From Bacteroidales bacterium (GTDB lineage Bacteria > Bacteroidota > Bacteroidia > Bacteroidales > Azobacteroidaceae): a stretch of DNA of 45,504 bases. The stretch lies in the NCBI GenBank assembly GCA_031553415.1, contig JAVBLO010000087.1, positions 1 through 45,504 on the forward strand, in the 5' to 3' direction. The stretch's first letter is position 1. Each line of letters begins with the position of its first letter. A program made the translations under genes and the position numbers. The notes under the pieces were generated by a model. That model was given only the letters and a program-made list of their open reading frames with translations. It was not told where the DNA came from and did no database searches. This document shows positions 28,042 to 38,032 of this stretch, one piece after another.

Positions 28042-28743
28042 TTAATCTATTCCAAGTTTACGTTTAATTTCATCCAGTTCCTGATTTACTTTTCCTGCGT
28101 CGTCCCCGATGGCTTTGTTGATTTCATCATCAATAGAAGCGGTCTTTTTTGCCAAATCGCCATAAGCCTGTGCTAAAGCTTCTTCTTCTTCAACTTTCTC
28201 TTTCATACGCTCCAACATGCTGATAGTGCTGTTACTATCGATTTGCGCCATCTGTTTATTGACTTGTTTAGTTGCCTTACTAACCCGGATTCTGGATTTT
28301 AAAGTCTTCAGTTCATTTTCCCATTTGTTTATGTTGAACTTCATAACTTCCACATTCTTCTGGATTTCATCGGCAGCAGTTTCGTGAGTGGTTTGTTGTT
28401 CACCAAGTTCTTTGGCCTCCACGAGCAAACGCTCTTTGATAGCCAATGCTTCGCGGGCTAATTTTTCGGCCTGTGCCATATCTAATTCGCCTTTCTGAGC
28501 TTTGGTTAATAACAATACTGCTTTCCCGCTATAATCTTCAGCACTTGCTATTTTTTTATTTTTGTCATTTTTAGTGCGGATAGCCATTGCCTTTACACGC
28601 GCCAGCGATTCAATGGCACTATCTAAATCTTCACGCATTTCGCGGATTCCCTGTTCCGTCATCCGGATAGGATCTTCCATGTTATCTACGATTGAATGAA
28701 TTTCGGCCTGGCCGATCCTCATGAGTCTTTTGAAAATATTCAT
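28042..28743 (-). CDS. pspA: PspA/IM30 family protein (ESCRT-III superfamily)
   Basis: 233 aa. MNIFKRLMRIGQAEIHSIVDNMEDPIRMTEQGIREMREDL... aligns with E. coli PspA [27 protein letters not shown]... It is predicted fully alpha-helical coiled-coil. Confidence 0.85.
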   Translation of the reverse strand: MNIFKRLMRIGQAEIHSIVDNMEDPIRMTEQGIREMREDLDSAIESLARVKAMAIRTKNDKNKKIASAEDYSGKAVLLLTKAQKGELDMAQAEKLAREALAIKERLLVEAKELGEQQTTHETAADEIQKNVEVMKFNINKWENELKTLKSRIRVSKATKQVNKQMAQIDSNSTISMLERMKEKVEEEEALAQAYGDLAKKTASIDDEINKAIGDDAGKVNQELDEIKRKLGID

Positions 28744-28745
28744 GA

Positions 28746-29138
28746 TTATTGTTTTTTCGAAAATTCGATAATTTGTTCGTAATATTCACTTAGCAACAGA
28801 CCTAAAGAGTTAAATGCCCCTTCGAGTTCGTTCATGTCCAGGTTTTCCACTTGCATGGTATAACGGAAAATCACTTTGGTGCCTGTCTCATCCAGCACAA
28901 AAGCGCCGTGTATCATATCCCTGTTTTTCTTCAAAAGTGATTTCAATATTTCTTTGTCATCGCTTTTCAAGGTGAAGATAAACTGTTCCAATACCACAAT
29001 GGGAGGAGCCACACCAATAATCAGGTTCTTAATTCCGTCTGTTTCGTTTTCGATACAGAGGATCCCTTCTTTCTCGTCCTGATAAGAAATTGTATAACCC
29101 AAACGGGAAACAAATGATTCAATTTTTTTGAAATACAT
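28746..29138 (-). CDS. YbjN-like small cytoplasmic protein (putative chaperone/sensor-like), co-transcribed with pspA
   Basis: 130 aa. Its stop lies 2 bp before the pspA start. Fold and family assignment are tentative. Confidence 0.4.
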   Translation of the reverse strand: MYFKKIESFVSRLGYTISYQDEKEGILCIENETDGIKNLIIGVAPPIVVLEQFIFTLKSDDKEILKSLLKKNRDMIHGAFVLDETGTKVIFRYTMQVENLDMNELEGAFNSLGLLLSEYYEQIIEFSKKQ

Positions 29139-29206
29139 GGCCTTATTTAAAATAAAAGTCCTACATTTGCATATATTTTTAGCAAAAGTAATAAAATAAA
29201 TTTATT

Positions 29207-29902
29207 TTGCAAATAAAAATAGCACTTTTTATGAGTCAAATCGGGAAAAATATACAAAAAATAAGAAAAGTAAAGGGATTGAGCCAACAGGCTTTTGCTG
29301 AACTATTTCAGCTCACCAGAGGCAATATATCCTCATACGAGGAACTGCGGGCGGAACCCAAGCTTTCATCTACTGTTGAAATTGCTAATTATTTTAGCAT
29401 TCCGGTCGGCGATTTTATTTCAAAAGATTTATCTGTAAATGAATTACTCCATTACAATACAGGATTGGTTTTGGAAACCGAAGAGCTGAAACGCAATCAC
29501 AGGTTGATCCATATACCTTATATTTCTGTATACAATCTCCCTGAATTTATTGCTAAATATAATGATGAAAATTTTATCCAAAGCCTGCCTCATATTATTA
29601 TTCCCAACAATTCTGAATTTCAATTAATTGCTATTGAAGTGAGCAATTCTGAAAATTTTCCTCTGGGCTTCGACTACAAAAACGGAGACATTTTGTTTTA
29701 TGAAAAGGTTGTAAAAGAAAATATACACCGTTTAAAAGACAAACTTGGAATAAAAATAGATGCTTCGGGCATCAAAGCCGGTATTTTTGAAATACAAGAA
29801 CAGGAAATATTCCTTGCGTTGAATGAATTGGTAAAATATCCTTTTGACATTCACTCCGATTCGGAATATTGGATATTAAGATCTGCTTATATACAATATT
29901 AA
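29207..29902 (+). CDS. XRE-family HTH transcriptional regulator with C-terminal LexA/S24-like domain, divergent from the psp array
   Basis: Cro/C1-type HTH IGKNIQKIRKVKGLSQQAFAELFQLTRGNISSYE. The likely true start is MSQIG at about 29231. C-terminal beta-rich domain. Confidence 0.65.
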   Translation: MQIKIALFMSQIGKNIQKIRKVKGLSQQAFAELFQLTRGNISSYEELRAEPKLSSTVEIANYFSIPVGDFISKDLSVNELLHYNTGLVLETEELKRNHRLIHIPYISVYNLPEFIAKYNDENFIQSLPHIIIPNNSEFQLIAIEVSNSENFPLGFDYKNGDILFYEKVVKENIHRLKDKLGIKIDASGIKAGIFEIQEQEIFLALNELVKYPFDIHSDSEYWILRSAYIQY

Positions 29903-29903
29903 A

Positions 29904-31808
29904 TTATAAAGATTCACGATTTCTGTCATTTATGATATTTTTTCCGGCAGGAGTATACAAGAACGTTATAAGATCCTTATAGCGTTCTTCTATTTTGCCC
30001 CTTACCATTTTCATTGTACTGTTGAGCAGTTGATTCTGTTCGGTAAATGCTTCCGGAAGCACTCCGATAGCAGCCGGAAGCCATCGTTCTGGAAATTCTC
30101 CGGCATAAACGCCTCCGGTTTTAAAGCTGTTTACAATTTCCTGGATTTTATTCAGCATTAAGTCTTTTGCTTCATTTGATCGTAAATCGATATCAGGATT
30201 TTGTTCTTTTGCAAAAGCTTTCAAAGTTTCTTTGTTCGGAACAATCAACGCAATAGTATATGGGTCCTGATTATTGTGCAACATCATTTGTTCGATATAC
30301 TTGGTTTTATCCGCAATCCCTTCTTCAATTCCTTCAGGACTGTATTTTTCTCCATCACCCGAAATCAAAAGGCTTTTGAAGCGACCTAATACATAAAGGA
30401 AACCATCAGAATCCATATAGCCCATGTCACCGGTATAAAGCCAGCCATCTTTTATTGTTTCGGCTGTTGCAACCGGATTTTTCCAGTAGCCCAGCATCAC
30501 GTTTTCGCCGCGGACTACAATTTCCCCTTTTTCTCCAAGTGGCAATTTTTTTCCTTCATGATCACAAATTTTCAAATCAAGGGGTTTTACTAAAAAGCCT
30601 GATGAACCGAGCTTATGCCTGTCAATTGAATTGGAAGAAATAACAGGGGTTGCTTCCGACAAGCCATACCCCTGAAACATTGGTGTCCCCAGTGTATAAA
30701 AGAAGCGTTGCAATTCTATATCCAGCAAGGCGCCTCCTCCGATGAAGAAACGTAGGTTCCCCCCGAAATTCTGTCGTATTTTACTGAAAATCAATTTATC
30801 ATAAATTTTCAAAAGTATTTTTTTCCAACCTTGTCCGAATCCCCCTTTGTTCCAGCCTTCCTTATTATATTCATAACCGGTTTTCAAGGCATGATTAAAT
30901 AATTTTTCGGTTGTTTTCCCTTTTTTCCTGATTTCGGTTTCAATATTTTTCCTGAAATTTTTCGCAAGGGCGGGTACACTCATTAATACATAAGGTTTAA
31001 ATTCCTTGATATTAAGAGGTATGTTTTTTAGCGATTCCATCGGGGTTTTGCCTGCTTGTACGGTTGCTACATTAGCCCCATAAGCCATAAAAGTATAAAA
31101 TCCGGCGACATGGGCGAAACAATGATCCAATGGAAGGATAATCAGGTTACTCCATTCCGGCTCAATCTTGATTACCGACATGGCCTGCTCCACATTGGCT
31201 GTATAATTGCGATGTGATAACATGATACCTTTAGGATCTGCAGTTGTTCCGGAAGTATAACTGATATTTGCCAGATCATCATCCTGAATGGACTGAGCTG
31301 TTTCAATCAGTAATTCTTTGTTTCCCGGTTCCGAAAGATATTTGTCGCCAATGGCGTATACATCATCAATAAAGATTTCCTTTTCTTCGTAAAAAGATTG
31401 AGAATCGAGAATGATAATTTTCTCAATCTGAGGAAGATCATGGATGATGCTGCGAATCTTTCTCAACTGTCCTCCGGAAACCATAATAAAGCGCGATTCC
31501 GAATGTTTCAACCTGAAAAGCAAGTCGTTGCTTTCTTCTAATTTAATAGAAAGCGGCACATTGACAGCTCCTGTATGTAAAATAGCTAATTCTCCGATAA
31601 TCCAGGCATTCCGTCCTTCCGAAAGCAATGCCATTTTATTATTTTTTTTGAGTCCCAATGCCATGAGCCCGGCTGCCAGCCGATGGACTAGTTCTTTGGC
31701 TTCCAAATAAGTAAGTGGTTCAAACCTGTCAGTTTTCTTCTCCCACAGGAAAGTGTTGTTCGCAAACTTATCTACACTTTCATTCAACATATCAATTATT
31801 GTTTTCAT
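29904..31808 (-). CDS. fadD: long-chain fatty-acid--CoA ligase (AMP-binding)
   Basis: 634 aa. AMP-binding signature YTSGTTADPKGIMLSHRN. Overall AMP-dependent synthetase architecture. Confidence 0.85.
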   Translation of the reverse strand: MKTIIDMLNESVDKFANNTFLWEKKTDRFEPLTYLEAKELVHRLAAGLMALGLKKNNKMALLSEGRNAWIIGELAILHTGAVNVPLSIKLEESNDLLFRLKHSESRFIMVSGGQLRKIRSIIHDLPQIEKIIILDSQSFYEEKEIFIDDVYAIGDKYLSEPGNKELLIETAQSIQDDDLANISYTSGTTADPKGIMLSHRNYTANVEQAMSVIKIEPEWSNLIILPLDHCFAHVAGFYTFMAYGANVATVQAGKTPMESLKNIPLNIKEFKPYVLMSVPALAKNFRKNIETEIRKKGKTTEKLFNHALKTGYEYNKEGWNKGGFGQGWKKILLKIYDKLIFSKIRQNFGGNLRFFIGGGALLDIELQRFFYTLGTPMFQGYGLSEATPVISSNSIDRHKLGSSGFLVKPLDLKICDHEGKKLPLGEKGEIVVRGENVMLGYWKNPVATAETIKDGWLYTGDMGYMDSDGFLYVLGRFKSLLISGDGEKYSPEGIEEGIADKTKYIEQMMLHNNQDPYTIALIVPNKETLKAFAKEQNPDIDLRSNEAKDLMLNKIQEIVNSFKTGGVYAGEFPERWLPAAIGVLPEAFTEQNQLLNSTMKMVRGKIEERYKDLITFLYTPAGKNIINDRNRESL

Positions 31809-31891
31809 AATCTTATACCATTTTACAGAATTTTAGCAGGCAAATATAAAAAATTCAGGATATTATCTCGAATATAAGTGTTAATTTTGCG

Positions 31892-31899
31892 TACTCAAT
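31892..31899 (+). promoter_or_regulatory. Bacteroidota -7 box (TAaaTTTG) upstream of the protease gene
   Basis: TAAATTTG sits 13 nt upstream of the ATG at 31912. Confidence 0.3.
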
Positions 31900-31911
31900 A
31901 AATTTGAAATA

Positions 31912-34197
31912 ATGAATCGACTGTTTTTTAAAGCATTCTTTTCTGTCATATTGTTAGTTATTTTGGCTTCAAACAATATGCTCGAAGCGCAAATCAGCCA
32001 GGGGGGAACACCACTTTTTTATGCACCTCCGCTGTTGAAAAGCGGCAATAACTTCTTTATCGAAATGCCTTCTTTCAATGTAGATTCCCTTTTGCAAGAC
32101 GACAAACTTAATGAATCTAACATGCGGGGAGCTTTCCGGTTTGCAAATAAATTTTATGTAAATATTGAAAAAGGAAAATCAGGATATAATTATATTTTAC
32201 CTGACGGAACTAAAATCTGGCAGGTGGGAATCCGTTCTCAGGGAGCATACTCCATTAATGTATTTTTTTCGGAATATAAAGTTCCTCCGGGAGGAAAACT
32301 CTTCTTATATAATTCAACCAGGACATCTGTTATCGGTTCTTTTACAGAAGAGAATAATTCTGAAGGCAACATATTACCTATACAACCTGTTGCCGGAGAC
32401 GAAATCATTGTGGAATACCAGGAACCGGCCAATAGTGAATTCGAAGCAAAGTTGAAAATATCGGAAGTCAATCACGATTATAAAGGGTTATTGAATTACG
32501 AGCCGAAAATAGAGCCCATATCCGGCAGCAGTTATTCTTGCATGCCTGATATACTTTGTGTAGATCCATCAAATAATAATATAAGAAGTGCTGTCCTAAT
32601 TACCATCAATGGAGATGTTGCCTGTTCAGGCTCCTTACTCAACACAACAAATAATGATGGGGAACCTGTTTTGCTTACAGCCATACACTGTTTGAATGAT
32701 GGTTTCAAAAAAACGAACGTTGATTATACAAAAGTAGCCGGAACCATTGTTTGTTTCTTTAACTACAATAAGCCTGTCTGTAACCAAACGCAAAGTGCTA
32801 TCCAACGGATGAAAGGCACTGAAGAAATGAGTTTGGCAGGAGCTGTTCCTTTATCCATTATCGTGAAAAACGACATGGCTTTGCTACGGCTTAACAACAA
32901 ACCTCCGGATTATTATATGCCATATTATGCAGGATGGAATATCGCTACTGATGCAGGGAATAACACTCCTTTCATCAATATCCATCATCCATCGGCCTTT
33001 GTTTCCAAATATGGAGATGTAATCAATCCAATAACAATAGGAGATTTTTCCATTACCAACTTTGATTTGAATCCGCAATCCCATTGGAAAATTCCAAAAT
33101 GGAATGTTGGAGCAACAATCGGAGGTTCATCCGGTTCACCGCTTTTTGACAATCATGGTTTGGTTATCGGCGGATTGAGTGGTGGGACATCTGCCTGTAG
33201 CAATGGTTCTCCCAATAACGCTGCAGACTATTTTTTCGCACTTTACAAATCATGGAATTATACTCCTGATGTTGGTATTCTCCTGAAAGATTGCTTGGAT
33301 CCGAATGATTTGGGAGTAACTCAATGGAATGCTTTTGACCCATATAAAGATACTCCTTTGGCAAGACTAAAAAATAGAGATTATAACAATGGTGATGAAT
33401 TGGTTAATTCAAAAATGACTAACCCCAACCAAGGTCTTGTTTTCGGACCAGATTCTTTGAAAATGAAAGAATTCGCAGAAGAATTCGTTACTGACGAAAA
33501 GGCAGAACTTGTGGGTGCTTATTTATTGACTCCGCTGACAGTAGTGACTTCTTCTTCCGGAATAAAAGTAAAAGCTTATAAAGGTAGTCTTTCAGATGAA
33601 AATCTGATAGCATCCGAAACTTTTTATCCCACTTATTGGGATTTCGATGTAACTTCAGCAAATTTTATGGAAAAACAAAAAACAATGAGTTCTGTTTCAA
33701 CCGAATCTTTTGTGAAATTCAGGGAGGAAGTTGATGCGGGTACAAAGTTTTATGTTTCTTATGAAATTACATATCCTTCAGCCAGAGATTTTTCTGTATA
33801 CAATATGGTTTTTGATTCGCCTGAAAAGAATTCTGCCTGGCTTCGCGATGCCAACGGAAACTGGCTTCCGGCAACAAGACATCCTGTCATGCCGATGTCG
33901 GCTGCTTTAACAATAGAACCATTGGTAAGGTTTCATCCCGAAACGAAATTATCTTCTCTTGTTGGGAAAAAAGATTATATCTTCTATCTGAAAACATCCC
34001 GGCAGCTACAAATCAATACTGACAATCCGGATGAAAAAGGAGTTATCTCCATCTATTCTATTGCCGGCCAATTATTGCATAAAATATCCTATTCGGGTAA
34101 TAATCCTGTAAATATTCCGGGAATAAACAATACCAATGTTATCATTGTAAAAGCATTGTCGGAAAGTGGAATAAAGACAAGTAAAATTGTCCTTTAA
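31912..34197 (+). CDS. T9SS-secreted trypsin-like (S1 family) serine endopeptidase
   Basis: 761 aa. Signal peptide. Catalytic His motif LLTAIHC. Ser motif GGSSGSPLF with oxyanion-hole glycines. The C-terminal ~80 aa fit a T9SS CTD (...ISIYSIAGQLLHKISYSGNNPVNIPG...KIVL). Confidence 0.75.
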   Translation: MNRLFFKAFFSVILLVILASNNMLEAQISQGGTPLFYAPPLLKSGNNFFIEMPSFNVDSLLQDDKLNESNMRGAFRFANKFYVNIEKGKSGYNYILPDGTKIWQVGIRSQGAYSINVFFSEYKVPPGGKLFLYNSTRTSVIGSFTEENNSEGNILPIQPVAGDEIIVEYQEPANSEFEAKLKISEVNHDYKGLLNYEPKIEPISGSSYSCMPDILCVDPSNNNIRSAVLITINGDVACSGSLLNTTNNDGEPVLLTAIHCLNDGFKKTNVDYTKVAGTIVCFFNYNKPVCNQTQSAIQRMKGTEEMSLAGAVPLSIIVKNDMALLRLNNKPPDYYMPYYAGWNIATDAGNNTPFINIHHPSAFVSKYGDVINPITIGDFSITNFDLNPQSHWKIPKWNVGATIGGSSGSPLFDNHGLVIGGLSGGTSACSNGSPNNAADYFFALYKSWNYTPDVGILLKDCLDPNDLGVTQWNAFDPYKDTPLARLKNRDYNNGDELVNSKMTNPNQGLVFGPDSLKMKEFAEEFVTDEKAELVGAYLLTPLTVVTSSSGIKVKAYKGSLSDENLIASETFYPTYWDFDVTSANFMEKQKTMSSVSTESFVKFREEVDAGTKFYVSYEITYPSARDFSVYNMVFDSPEKNSAWLRDANGNWLPATRHPVMPMSAALTIEPLVRFHPETKLSSLVGKKDYIFYLKTSRQLQINTDNPDEKGVISIYSIAGQLLHKISYSGNNPVNIPGINNTNVIIVKALSESGIKTSKIVL

Positions 34198-34222
34198 TTG
34201 TCGGTATTTCCGTTTTTTAGTA

Positions 34223-34230
34223 GTAATTTT
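34223..34230 (+). promoter_or_regulatory. Bacteroidota -7 box (TAatTTTG) upstream of purL
   Basis: TAATTTTG lies about 27 nt upstream of the purL ATG. Confidence 0.3.
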
Positions 34231-34256
34231 GCAAGACTAAACGAATAACAACAATA

Positions 34257-37200
34257 ATGATTCTTTTCTTCAAAACAACGACAGACACAATAATTGCTGT
34301 CGATGCAACAAGTAAACTTCCCAAGGAAGATGTAAAGAAATTGGTGTGGCTTTTCAGTGAAGCCGGATTATTGAAAAAAGAAACTATCAACGGATGGTTT
34401 GTAGGACCGAGACGTGAGATGATTACTCCCTGGAGTACAAATGCTGTGGAAATTACCCAAAATATGGGAATTTCGGGTATTACACGTATTGAAGAATTTT
34501 ATATGGTTCCGGATAAAGATACGGAACATGACCCAATGCTCCAACGTATTTATAATGGTCTCGACCAAACAACATTTACTATCAATAAAAAACCCGAACC
34601 CATCCTCGAAATAGATAACATCGCTACTTATAACGACCAGGAAGGTTTGGCTTTGAGTAAAGACGAAATAGATTACCTGAATGAGGTAAGCAAACGTTTG
34701 GGAAGGAAACTGACGGATAGCGAAGTTTTCGGCTTTTCGCAGGTAAATTCCGAACATTGCCGTCACAAAATATTCAACGGAACTTTTATAATTGACGGAG
34801 AAGAAAAGGAAAGTACGCTTTTCAAATTGATCAAAAAAACTTCTGAAACCAATCCTAATAAATTGGTTTCAGCTTATAAAGATAATGTCGCTTTCAGCGA
34901 AGGACCAGCTGCCGAACAATTTGCTCCGGCATCGGGCGATAAACCCGACTTCTTCGAAACCAAAGAAATCAAAACAGTTATTTCCCTGAAAGCCGAAACA
35001 CATAACTTTCCAACTACAGTTGAACCTTTTAATGGTGCAGCTACCGGAACTGGTGGAGAAATCCGTGACCGTTTGGGTGGTGGAAAAGCCTCACTTCCAA
35101 TCGCAGGAACTGCCGTTTACATGACTTCCTATCCACGCACAGAAGTTGAACGCCCATGGGAAGAAGCAGTAGAGCCTCGTCCATGGTTATACCAAACTCC
35201 CGAACAAATCCTGATCAAAGCTTCGAACGGAGCTTCCGATTTCGGGAATAAATTTGGTCAGCCGTTGATTTGTGGTTCTTTGCTAACCTTCGAGCACGAA
35301 GAAAACCGTAAGAAATTTGCATACGATAAAGTCATCATGCTGGCTGGCGGTGTTGGTTATGCCAATATGCGCGATGCATTGAAAGGCGAACCTAAACCCG
35401 GAGAAAAAGTAGTTATCTTAGGTGGTGATAATTACCGTATCGGTATGGGTGGCGGTGCCGTTTCATCTGTAGATACCGGACAATATGAAAGTGGTATCGA
35501 GCTGAATGCCGTACAACGTGCCAATCCGGAAATGCAAAAACGCGCTTCGAACGTTATCCGTGCCTTGGCCGAATCAAGCGAAAATCCTATTGTTTCCATC
35601 CATGACCATGGTGCAGGAGGACACCTCAACTGTCTTTCCGAATTAGTAGAAACAACCGGAGGAAAAATTGAGGTCAATGCTTTACCCGTTGGAGATCCAA
35701 CCCTTTCCGCCAAAGAAATAATCGGTAATGAAAGCCAGGAACGTATGGGCCTGTTGCTTCAAAAGAAAGATATTGAAAGGGTTAAAAATATAGCAGAACG
35801 TGAGCGTTCTCCAATGTATGTTGTAGGAGAAACAACCAACGACATGCAATTTGTCTTTGAACAAAAGGATGGTAAAAAACCTATCAACCTGAAACTTGAA
35901 GACTTTTTCGGGAAACCACCCCGCACCATCATGAACGACCAAACGGTTGAAGAACGTTTTCAACCATTGCAATATGATATCAGAAACCTGCATGAGTATC
36001 TTGAAAATGTATTGCAGTTGGAAGCAGTGGCTTGTAAAGACTGGCTCACCAATAAAGTCGACCGTTCTGTAACCGGAAAAGTTGCCCGCCAGCAATGCCA
36101 GGGAGAAATCCAATTGCCTTTGAGCGATTTGGGAGCAGTTGCTCTCGATTACAGGGGAAAAGCAGGAATCGCAACTTCCATCGGACATGCACCACAGGTG
36201 GCTATGATTGACTCTGCAGCTGGTTCAGTTATGGCAATTGCCGAATCCCTCACCAACATTGTTTTTGCTCCACTAACAGATAAACTAGCTGGTGTTTCGT
36301 TAAGCGCCAACTGGATGTGGCCCTGCAAAAATCCGGGTGAAGATGCCCGTTTATATAAAGCGGTGGAGGCTTGTTCCGAATTTGCCTGTGAACTGGGAAT
36401 CAATATTCCTACGGGAAAAGACTCTCTTTCAATGACTCAGAAATATGGCGAAGAGAAAGTTTATTCTCCCGGGACAGTGATTATTTCTGCCGGAGCGGAA
36501 GTTTCAGATATTAAGAAGATTGTATCTCCCGTAATCGTCAATAAGCGCAATACTTACATTTATTATATCGATTTCTCTTTCGATGCATTCAAATTGGGAG
36601 GTTCGGCATTTGCACAATCACTGAATAAATTAGGAGATGAAGTTCCGACTGTCCAGGATGCCGAATATTTCAAAACGACTTTCAATACTGTTCAGGATTT
36701 AATCAACAAAGATTTGGTTCTGGCCGGGCATGACATTTCTGCAGGAGGTATGATTACTGCACTTCTTGAGATGTGCTTCGGGAATGTAGAAGGCGGATTG
36801 GATATCAATCTAGACAAAATCAAAGAGAAAGACCTGATAAAAATCCTTTTCAGCGAAAATCCGGGCATTTTGATTCAGGTACAAAACAAAAAAGAAGTTG
36901 AAAATATCCTGAACGAAAAAGGAATCGCTTTTGCCTGCATCGGAAAAACCGAAAAGGAACGTCATATTATCGTAAATAAAGAAGGTATCCAATATCACTT
37001 TGGTATTGATTACATGCGTGATGTCTGGTATTCTTCTTCTTACTTGTTAGACAGGAAACAAAGCGGCGAACAATGTGCAAAAGACCGTTTTGAAAACTAT
37101 AAGCAACAACCTTTGGAATTCAAGTTCAACAGAAATTTTGATGGTTCATTGAAACAATATGGCATTTCTGCCGACAGGAAGAAGAATTCGGGCGTAAAAG

Positions 37201-37949
37201 CTGCTATTATCCGTGAAAAAGGAACCAACGGCGACCGAGAAATGGCTTATTCACTTTACTTAGCCGGATTTGACGTGAAAGATGTTCACATGACGGATTT
37301 AGCCACTGGTCGTGAAACACTTGAAGATATAAATTTAATTGTTTTCTGTGGTGGTTTTTCCAACTCCGACGTATTGGGTTCTGCCAAAGGTTGGGCCGGC
37401 GGATTTTTATTCAACGAAAAGGCTAAAAAGGCGTTGGATAATTTCTATGCCCGCAAAGATACTTTAAGTTTGGGAATCTGTAATGGTTGCCAGTTAATGG
37501 TAGAATTAGGGTTGATTAATCCTAACCACAAGGAAAAAACAAAAATGTTGCATAACGAATCTCACAAATTCGAATCGGAATTCGTGAGTTTGCATATCCC
37601 AAAGAATAAATCGGTGATGTTCGGTTCTTTATCCGGAAGCAAATTGGGTATTTGGGTAGCTCACGGAGAAGGTAAATTCAGTCTCCCATATGCTGAAAAG
37701 AAATACAACGTTATAGCCAAATACAATTACGAAGCTTATCCTGCAAATCCGAATGGCTCTGATTATGCAGTAGCTGGTATCTGTTCGCGTGATGGACGCC
37801 ACTTAGCTATGATGCCTCACCTGGAAAGGGCTATTTTCCCATGGCAATGGGCAAATTATCCGCTTAACAGGAAAGCTCTGGATGAAGTCAGTCCGTGGAT
37901 TGAGGCATTCGTCAATGCAAGGAAATGGATTGAAAAATCAGTAAATTAA
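34257..37949 (+). CDS. purL: phosphoribosylformylglycinamidine synthase (single-chain FGAM synthase)
   Basis: 1230 aa. Typical large purL architecture with a C-terminal glutamine amidotransferase (ICNGCQLM). Many conserved FGAMS motifs ([30 protein letters not shown]). Confidence 0.92.
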   Translation: MILFFKTTTDTIIAVDATSKLPKEDVKKLVWLFSEAGLLKKETINGWFVGPRREMITPWSTNAVEITQNMGISGITRIEEFYMVPDKDTEHDPMLQRIYNGLDQTTFTINKKPEPILEIDNIATYNDQEGLALSKDEIDYLNEVSKRLGRKLTDSEVFGFSQVNSEHCRHKIFNGTFIIDGEEKESTLFKLIKKTSETNPNKLVSAYKDNVAFSEGPAAEQFAPASGDKPDFFETKEIKTVISLKAETHNFPTTVEPFNGAATGTGGEIRDRLGGGKASLPIAGTAVYMTSYPRTEVERPWEEAVEPRPWLYQTPEQILIKASNGASDFGNKFGQPLICGSLLTFEHEENRKKFAYDKVIMLAGGVGYANMRDALKGEPKPGEKVVILGGDNYRIGMGGGAVSSVDTGQYESGIELNAVQRANPEMQKRASNVIRALAESSENPIVSIHDHGAGGHLNCLSELVETTGGKIEVNALPVGDPTLSAKEIIGNESQERMGLLLQKKDIERVKNIAERERSPMYVVGETTNDMQFVFEQKDGKKPINLKLEDFFGKPPRTIMNDQTVEERFQPLQYDIRNLHEYLENVLQLEAVACKDWLTNKVDRSVTGKVARQQCQGEIQLPLSDLGAVALDYRGKAGIATSIGHAPQVAMIDSAAGSVMAIAESLTNIVFAPLTDKLAGVSLSANWMWPCKNPGEDARLYKAVEACSEFACELGINIPTGKDSLSMTQKYGEEKVYSPGTVIISAGAEVSDIKKIVSPVIVNKRNTYIYYIDFSFDAFKLGGSAFAQSLNKLGDEVPTVQDAEYFKTTFNTVQDLINKDLVLAGHDISAGGMITALLEMCFGNVEGGLDINLDKIKEKDLIKILFSENPGILIQVQNKKEVENILNEKGIAFACIGKTEKERHIIVNKEGIQYHFGIDYMRDVWYSSSYLLDRKQSGEQCAKDRFENYKQQPLEFKFNRNFDGSLKQYGISADRKKNSGVKAAIIREKGTNGDREMAYSLYLAGFDVKDVHMTDLATGRETLEDINLIVFCGGFSNSDVLGSAKGWAGGFLFNEKAKKALDNFYARKDTLSLGICNGCQLMVELGLINPNHKEKTKMLHNESHKFESEFVSLHIPKNKSVMFGSLSGSKLGIWVAHGEGKFSLPYAEKKYNVIAKYNYEAYPANPNGSDYAVAGICSRDGRHLAMMPHLERAIFPWQWANYPLNRKALDEVSPWIEAFVNARKWIEKSVN

Positions 37950-37954
37950 CAATG

Positions 37955-38012
37955 AAAAATGAACAATGAAAAATTGAAAATCTTAAAAATTAATTTTTCA
38001 TTGTTCATTTTT
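37955..38012 (+). terminator. rho-independent terminator of purL (perfect 21-bp-arm AT-rich palindrome)
   Basis: AAAAATGAACAATGAAAAATT (37955-37975) is the exact reverse complement of 37992-38012. A T-rich tract follows. It lies between the purL stop and the next gene on the same strand. Confidence 0.6.
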
Positions 38013-38032
38013 AATTGTTAATTATTTTGCTT

